Below are positions 59,181 to 64,000 of a DNA stretch of 64,000 bases, in pieces. The stretch spans positions 2,656,001 to 2,720,000 of the forward strand of contig OY969763.1 of assembly GCA_963702845.1 (NCBI GenBank). The letters run 5' to 3'. Positions within the stretch are counted from its first letter, which is position 1, and each line of letters begins with the position of its first letter. This DNA is from an uncultured Verrucomicrobiae bacterium. Its GTDB lineage: Bacteria > Verrucomicrobiota > Verrucomicrobiia > Limisphaerales > Palsa-1400. The notes under the pieces are model-generated. The model ran no database searches, was not told the DNA's origin, and saw only the letters and a program-made list of their open reading frames with translations. The translations under genes and the position numbers were made by a program.

Positions 59181-60121
59181 TGCAGGCGGTGAAACGTGAA
59201 CTTCGTTTCTACTTTGACCGGTTTGCCGTCCACTTCGACCAACGGGTAAACCAAAAAATTAATAGGACCGGATGCCGGCGTAGGATCCACGACCAAATCG
59301 CGCCCGACGCTCAGTTCAAATCGGTTCGCCGGTTGCTGACCGAAATAATAATCGGCAAGTTCTCGATGCCTTGATGCTTCGCTGATGTCGACGGGAAACC
59401 ACTTGCCGTTAGCGAGGAACTCGGCCCAGCAATGATAGCCTTCAATCACTCCATTCGTTTCTCCAGCGGGAATGGAAACACCAATCGCAAAGCGCGCCGG
59501 AAGACCAATCGAACGCGCGAGTGCAATGAAGTAGCTGTGGAAATCGGTGCAGTTGCCCGTGCGCATATCACAGGCGTAAACCGCGTCGCCCCTGCCCCAG
59601 CCGGTTCCGGACTTGTCGTATTTCATGCGCTGGAGCACATGATCGTAAAGCGCTCGACCACGCGCGAGGTCGCCGTCTATGCCGTGCGTCGCACCTTGCG
59701 CGATTTCTCTAAACCTCGCAGTGATAGGAACCAGTCGATCGGGTTTCAGAAAACGGCTCAGGTCCTTCTCGACGGATTTGTAAGCAGACTTTTCATTACG
59801 CTGCACGAGGTAGCTCACGCGCAGTTTCCGACTCGCATCGCAATTCGTGCAGGAAATGAATTCAAGTTTGTTGCCGTTTCCGGAGTCCTCGACGACTTGG
59901 GCAAAATCCGGCAACGACAGGCTTTCGATTTTCACCTGCTGAAACGCATCGGATTTGGCGACAGGTAGCCACACCTTTGTTAAGCCACGTTCCTTTGGAA
60001 GCGTGACTTCGTAACCGAACTGAAAACGGTCGGTGCGATGAACGATTTGTTGCTGTTCGACCGTTCCAGCGCGCAGAACACAACAGCTCAGCAAAAGAAT
60101 TGCGACAAATGCCTTCCTCAT
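59177..60121 (-). CDS. Secreted transglutaminase-like (papain-fold Cys) protein
   Basis: Signal peptide from ATG 60121; triad 'GNCTDFH', 'YHCWAEF', 'WFPVD'; ATGA overlaps with selA and selB. Confidence 0.9.
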   Translation of the reverse strand: MRKAFVAILLLSCCVLRAGTVEQQQIVHRTDRFQFGYEVTLPKERGLTKVWLPVAKSDAFQQVKIESLSLPDFAQVVEDSGNGNKLEFISCTNCDASRKLRVSYLVQRNEKSAYKSVEKDLSRFLKPDRLVPITARFREIAQGATHGIDGDLARGRALYDHVLQRMKYDKSGTGWGRGDAVYACDMRTGNCTDFHSYFIALARSIGLPARFAIGVSIPAGETNGVIEGYHCWAEFLANGKWFPVDISEASRHRELADYYFGQQPANRFELSVGRDLVVDPTPASGPINFLVYPLVEVDGKPVKVETKFTFHRLQ

Positions 60122-61485
60122 ACCGTACACGCGTTGCGGATCGCTTCGACAACTTGCGCGTCCTGTGTTGGAAAGATCGTCCGCAAATCCAGTTTGAGAC
60201 GTCCGTGAGAAACATAGCCGATGACGGGCATGCCTGCTTTCGGTAAACGCAACCCGGTCGCAAGCTCGGTGAGGGAGAACTGCTGGGAAACGATGTCGAG
60301 AGTGATGGAAGGAACGGCGGATCGTGGCAATGTGCCTCCACCGATTTGGGAATGGCCTTTGCCGATCGCAATTTTCAGCGGCAGCCCATTCAACTGCTCG
60401 ATCAGCTTTTGAGCGCGGGCGAGAAGGTCCGCTTCACTCGTCTGCAGCATGGAATAATTCGGGATACTGCTATCGTTGCCTGACAAATAGAGGTCAACCG
60501 TTGCTTCAAGTGCGGACAGAATTAGTTTGTCACATCGCAATGCGCGGAAGAGTGGGTTTCTTTTCAGGGCAGCAATTAACTTCGCGTTGCCCGCGATAAT
60601 ACCTGCTTGTGGACCGCCGAGGAGTTTATCGCCACTGAAACAAACTAAATCGACGCCTTGCTTGAGGACTTCCGCCGGAGTTGGTTCGTGTTCGCAACCC
60701 GGGTATTTGTCGGTCTGAACTACGGCGCCGCTGCCGAGGTCTTCGACGAAAGGAATTTTCTTTTTGCGCGCGACAGCGGCGATCGCTGCGGTTTCGGGAG
60801 ATTCGGTGAAACCGGACATGAAGAAGTTGCTCCGATGAACTTTGAGGATCATCGCCGTTTCACGTCCAAGTGCTTTTGCGTAATCGCTTATCGAAGTTTT
60901 GTTCGTGGTTCCGACTTCGCGCAACACCGCGCCGCTCGACTCGAGAATTTCCGGGATGCGAAAGCCACCGCCGATTTGGACAAGTTCTCCTCGATTAATG
61001 ACAACCTGTTTGCGATTCGGGTCGCGGTTGACAAAGTGATGGAGGATGAGAACGAGCGCAGCCGCGCAATTGTTGACGACGGTCGCCGCTTCGGCACTGC
61101 ATAACACCGCAAGATTGTGATCGAGATACGATGCGCGTGAGCCGCGTTCACCGGTCGTGATCTCGTATTCGAGGGTATTGTATTGCGAGGCTACTGCTTG
61201 CAAGGCTTCTTGCGCGGCAGCGGGCAAGACGGATCGGCCTAAATTGGTATGAACAATGACGCCGGTTCCGTTTATCACCGGTTGAATTCGGGAACGCTGT
61301 AGCAGCGAAACGGCGTTGTGGATGCGCGCGATGACGACATCGTGAGCGGGAATCGATTTCTCTTTTCGTAATGTGGCCAATTCGCGGCGGACCAATGCAA
61401 CCAAGGCCGGACGCGGCAATTTCGTTGTTCCAAGTTCTTGCAGAACTTTTTCGACAGCAGGAATTGCTCGGAGCTGCTTTTTCAT
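60118..61485 (-). CDS. selA: L-seryl-tRNA(Sec) selenium transferase
   Basis: 'VINGTGVIVHTNLGRS', 'RGELVQIGGGFRIP', 'EDLGSG', 'FSGDKLLGGPQAG'. Confidence 0.97.
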   Translation of the reverse strand: MKKQLRAIPAVEKVLQELGTTKLPRPALVALVRRELATLRKEKSIPAHDVVIARIHNAVSLLQRSRIQPVINGTGVIVHTNLGRSVLPAAAQEALQAVASQYNTLEYEITTGERGSRASYLDHNLAVLCSAEAATVVNNCAAALVLILHHFVNRDPNRKQVVINRGELVQIGGGFRIPEILESSGAVLREVGTTNKTSISDYAKALGRETAMILKVHRSNFFMSGFTESPETAAIAAVARKKKIPFVEDLGSGAVVQTDKYPGCEHEPTPAEVLKQGVDLVCFSGDKLLGGPQAGIIAGNAKLIAALKRNPLFRALRCDKLILSALEATVDLYLSGNDSSIPNYSMLQTSEADLLARAQKLIEQLNGLPLKIAIGKGHSQIGGGTLPRSAVPSITLDIVSQQFSLTELATGLRLPKAGMPVIGYVSHGRLKLDLRTIFPTQDAQVVEAIRNACTV

Positions 61486-62534
61486 GGATGCACCCAAATT
61501 TCCGGTTTCTTCGATTCGATGATTTCACCGATGATTGCCGCACACAGCGTTTTCTCCCGTTTCAGGATTTTCTCGACCGATTTCAAATTGCGAGGCGCGA
61601 CGCACAGCAAGAGCCCGCCGCTGGTTTGCGCATCGCTCAATAGAGCCTTGTGCGCCGACGTGATGTTGTTCCATCCAGTAAACTCGTTCGCGTACTCCAG
61701 GTTTCGCAGGCTGCCGCCGGGAATGCAATCAGCCGCAATCAATTCGAATACCTGTGGATCAATGGCCGGCACGCGATTGGCATAGAGCGTCGCGCCGACT
61801 TTACTCGCGCGACACATTGAGCCGAGATGACCGAGTAAACCGAAGCCGGTGACATCAACAGCCGCGCGCACGAGTCCTTTTTCTCCAAGCACCGCACCGG
61901 CAGAATTCAAACGTGTCATCACCGCAATGGCTTTTTTTTCCAACGCACGCGACGTCAATTTGCGTTTTATGCCGGTCGTCACAATTCCTGTGCCCAACGG
62001 CTTTGTTAATATGAGCAGATCGCCTGGGCGTGCTGCGGCATTCGTCACGATACGCTTAGTGGATACGATTCCAGTGACGGAGAGACCGTAGATCGGTTCG
62101 GGATTTTGGATCGTATGTCCGCCCACAATTGCGCACTTCGCTTCACGGGCTTTTTCGGCACCGCCGCGAAGGATTTCAGAAATGATCGTCGGGCTGAGCT
62201 TATCAGTCGGAACACCTAATATATTCAGCGCGGTCAAAGGTCGTCCGCCCATGGCGTAAACATCAGACAAAGAATTAGTCGCGGCGATTTGGCCGTAGAC
62301 AAAAGGATCGTCCACGATGGGCGTGAAAAAGTCCACCGTTTGCACCAGCGCGCGCTGGCGATCGATGCGATAGATCGCCGCATCGTCGGCGGTGTTCGTG
62401 CCGACGATTAAATTGCGATCCTTGATAACCGGGAGCTGACGCAAAACTTGCGCCAGGGCCTGTTGGCTCAGCTTGGAAGCTCAGCCAGCGCAGGAGGAAA
62501 GCGACGTCAGTTTAAGAATCTGCTCGCGCGACAT
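61482..62534 (-). CDS. selD: Selenide, water dikinase (selenoprotein; in-frame UGA at 62481-62483)
   Basis: Reading through UGA gives MSREQILKLTSLSSCAG-U-ASKLSQQALAQVLRQLP... in frame with ORF 61482-62444 ('DDAA', 'TVDFFTP', 'DVTGFGL', 'DAQTSGGLL'). Confidence 0.95.
62436..62456 (-). promoter_or_regulatory. Candidate bacterial SECIS of selD
   Basis: Minus strand CTGGCGCAA-GTT-TTGCGTCAG, starting 24 nt after the UGA; G is the first loop base. Confidence 0.7.
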
Positions 62535-62552
62535 GCGGCCCACCCCCTTTCA

Positions 62553-62585
62553 AATTGCGGATTGCGAATTGCGGATTGCGAATTG
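62553..62585. repeat. 7-nt tandem array between tRNA-Sec and selD
   Basis: aattgcg-gattgcg-aattgcg-gattgcg-aattg. Confidence 0.8.
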
Positions 62586-62602
62586 AAGAACGCAATTCAA
62601 GC

Positions 62603-62699
62603 TGGCGGAGAGGGTAGGAATCGAACCAACCCCTCGACATAAAATGCCGAGACAACGGTTTTGAAGACCGCGAGGGCCACCAGGCACCCTTCACTCTCC
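62603..62699 (-). tRNA. selC: tRNA-Sec (anticodon UCA)
   Basis: Minus strand GGAGAGTG...GCGGTCTTCAAAACCGT, long variable arm CTCGGCATTTTATGTCGAG, GGTTCGATTCC, CCTCTCCGCCA; 97 nt with encoded CCA; inside the sel cluster. Confidence 0.95.
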
Positions 62700-62715
62700 G
62701 GGATAAATTTTCGTT

Positions 62716-62788
62716 GGTAGGGCGTGTCACTCCGCGACCGCCGCTTAGTAATAGCTTTTGCGACGCGCGCGGAGCGACGCGCCCTACC
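62716..62788. repeat. GTAG-type REP doublet (second family)
   Basis: ggtagggcgtgtcactccgcg ... cgcggagcgacgcgccctacc, 21-nt arms. Confidence 0.8.
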
Positions 62789-62794
62789 TGGAAG

Positions 62795-63031
62795 TCAGAG
62801 CATCTTGCGAATCTGCTCGACGATAGCGTCCGGGTCGGCGTGTTGGCCGGTGGCTTTCTTGGAATAGATTTTGGTTCCATTGACGCTAACCTCGAACACA
62901 CCGCCGCCCATTGGCACAAGCGTGAGCTGGCTGATGTCCTGTTTGAACTGCAACAGCTTCTCCGTCAAACTGACGGCACGCGGTGCGTAGTTTCAAACGC
63001 TGCAATATTCGATTTTGATTTCCAGGCTCAT
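62795..63031 (-). CDS. Rdx (SelT/SelW/SelH) family selenoprotein, CxxU; UGA at 62993-62995
   Basis: Manual translation: MSLEIKIEYCSV-U-NYAPRAVSLTEKLLQFKQDISQLTLVPMGGGVFEVSVNGTKIYSKKATGQHADPDAIVEQIRKML*. Confidence 0.93.
62962..62976 (-). promoter_or_regulatory. Candidate bacterial SECIS of the Rdx gene
   Basis: Minus strand CCGTCA-GTT-TGACGG, starting 16 nt after the UGA. Confidence 0.7.
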
Positions 63032-63249
63032 CTAACGCCAAGGAGCGTACGTTTTGCGAAACGATGCGTCAAGTTTACGACGAGAGGATCGCGACTGAAA
63101 GGCTTGCATCAGTTTGCGCGTTTTTGCCGGGATCGCCTTGCAAAGGTTTGATTAACCTTGCATAGGTTCGCGCTGGTTTGCTGAGGTTTGCCGAATCGTG
63201 CAGGAGCCCTGTCCAAAACAAGTTTCCAGACCGCAGACCGAGCCGAGCG

Positions 63250-63699
63250 TTAACCGTACTTGAAATCCGGTTTGCTCTGTCCGACCTCGATAATGTAGCC
63301 GTCAGGATCGCGAATGTAGCAGCGCCACTCGCCGTACTTGTCCAACGGTTCCGTGATGAAGTCGGCTCCTCGACTCTTCCACAGCTCATAGCACGCTTGA
63401 ATATCTGCAACCCGGAAATTCATGAAGCTGCTGATGTGATCCGGGTCGGGGACGCTGAGCGTTACCGTCGGCTTATCCGGCGTCGGGCCGCCCCCGACGT
63501 TCAAAATCATCCAGAAATTCGCGAGCTGAAGGTACCCAGGAGCGTTGCCATCGCCCAGGCTCAGAATGCGAGCGCCGAAAACCCTCGCGTAGTAGCGAGC
63601 CGATCGTTCGATGTCGGCCACGGTAAGAAAATGCGCGATGCTGATTCCGTCCCGCGGGGGCATCTCATAGCTCTGCCCTTCAACTTTTACGTTGCCCAT
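63250..63699 (-). CDS. VOC / glyoxalase family protein
   Basis: 'HFLTVADIERSARYYARVFG', 'FRVADIQ', 'YIRDPDGYIIEV'; start uncertain (63699 or 63663). Confidence 0.88.
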   Translation of the reverse strand: MGNVKVEGQSYEMPPRDGISIAHFLTVADIERSARYYARVFGARILSLGDGNAPGYLQLANFWMILNVGGGPTPDKPTVTLSVPDPDHISSFMNFRVADIQACYELWKSRGADFITEPLDKYGEWRCYIRDPDGYIIEVGQSKPDFKYG

Positions 63700-63861
63700 T
63701 GTCGAAACTACCGCGCCAGCGTAAAAAACGCAAATTCCCGGACGCAACTCTGCGACGAAACTTTGTGCAAACAAACTGCGTCTCTTTTCCTGACGGGTTG
63801 GTTGCAATTGACATTTTCGCGAACTTAACCCGAAATCACAAAGCTCGAATCCAACTTAACA

Positions 63862-64000
63862 ATGACAAAGCTTATCACTATGGCAGCCGCGCTAGTCGCG
63901 GTTCTGGCTTCATCAGTTTTTGCCGCGCCGAAGCCGAATATTGTTATGATCGTCGCGGATGACCTGGGTTACGCTGACATCGGCGTGCAGGCGGTTTCCA
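63862..64000 (+). CDS. Sulfatase N-terminus (truncated by the window end)
   Basis: MTKLITMAAALVAVLASSVFAAPKPNIVMIVADDLGYADIG: signal peptide plus sulfatase 'PNIVxIxADDLGY' motif. Confidence 0.85.
   Translation, partial: MTKLITMAAALVAVLASSVFAAPKPNIVMIVADDLGYADIGVQAVS

Noticed and set aside
62603..62699. tRNA-Sec as an island integration site
   Set aside because: No duplicated tRNA 3' end or integrase was noticed in the window.

Overview
This is a 64 kb bacterial chromosome segment. Gene content points to Verrucomicrobiota, probably Pedosphaera-like (inference): H-X9-DG prepilin-like protein, autotransporter-associated repeat protein, planctomycete-type cytochrome c domain, and a shared 'S-x-[DN]-L-x-x-W...F[YF]' C-terminal domain. 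From left to right it holds: an accessory region of secreted and hypothetical genes with repeats and a duplicated gene 3' end (1-10.7 kb); a long non-coding region with a consensus promoter and 10-nt arrays; dksA-rpmG-rpsR; two PAS/GAF histidine kinases around ftsK; yihY, ald, an esterase and nagD; leuA with a leucine attenuator; an MtrA/MtrB-like cytochrome-porin pair; an MFS transporter, fbp, a lyase-like gene and an M20 peptidase; yeiH with sorAB; BatA/vWA genes; a second, related non-coding element; an ArsR-SRPBCC pair, a TrmH-family methyltransferase, an orphan sdhB and pntA1A2B. The right end holds a complete selenocysteine cluster on the minus strand: Rdx/SelW-like selenoprotein, tRNA-Sec, Sec-containing selD, selA, an embedded transglutaminase-like gene and selB. 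The ORF track misses the Rdx selenoprotein, the selD N-terminus, rpmG and the leucine leader peptide. Three genes show single-base frameshifts and a fourth has a shifted 3' end, which may be assembly errors. No CRISPR array, integrase, transposase or reverse transcriptase was recognised.
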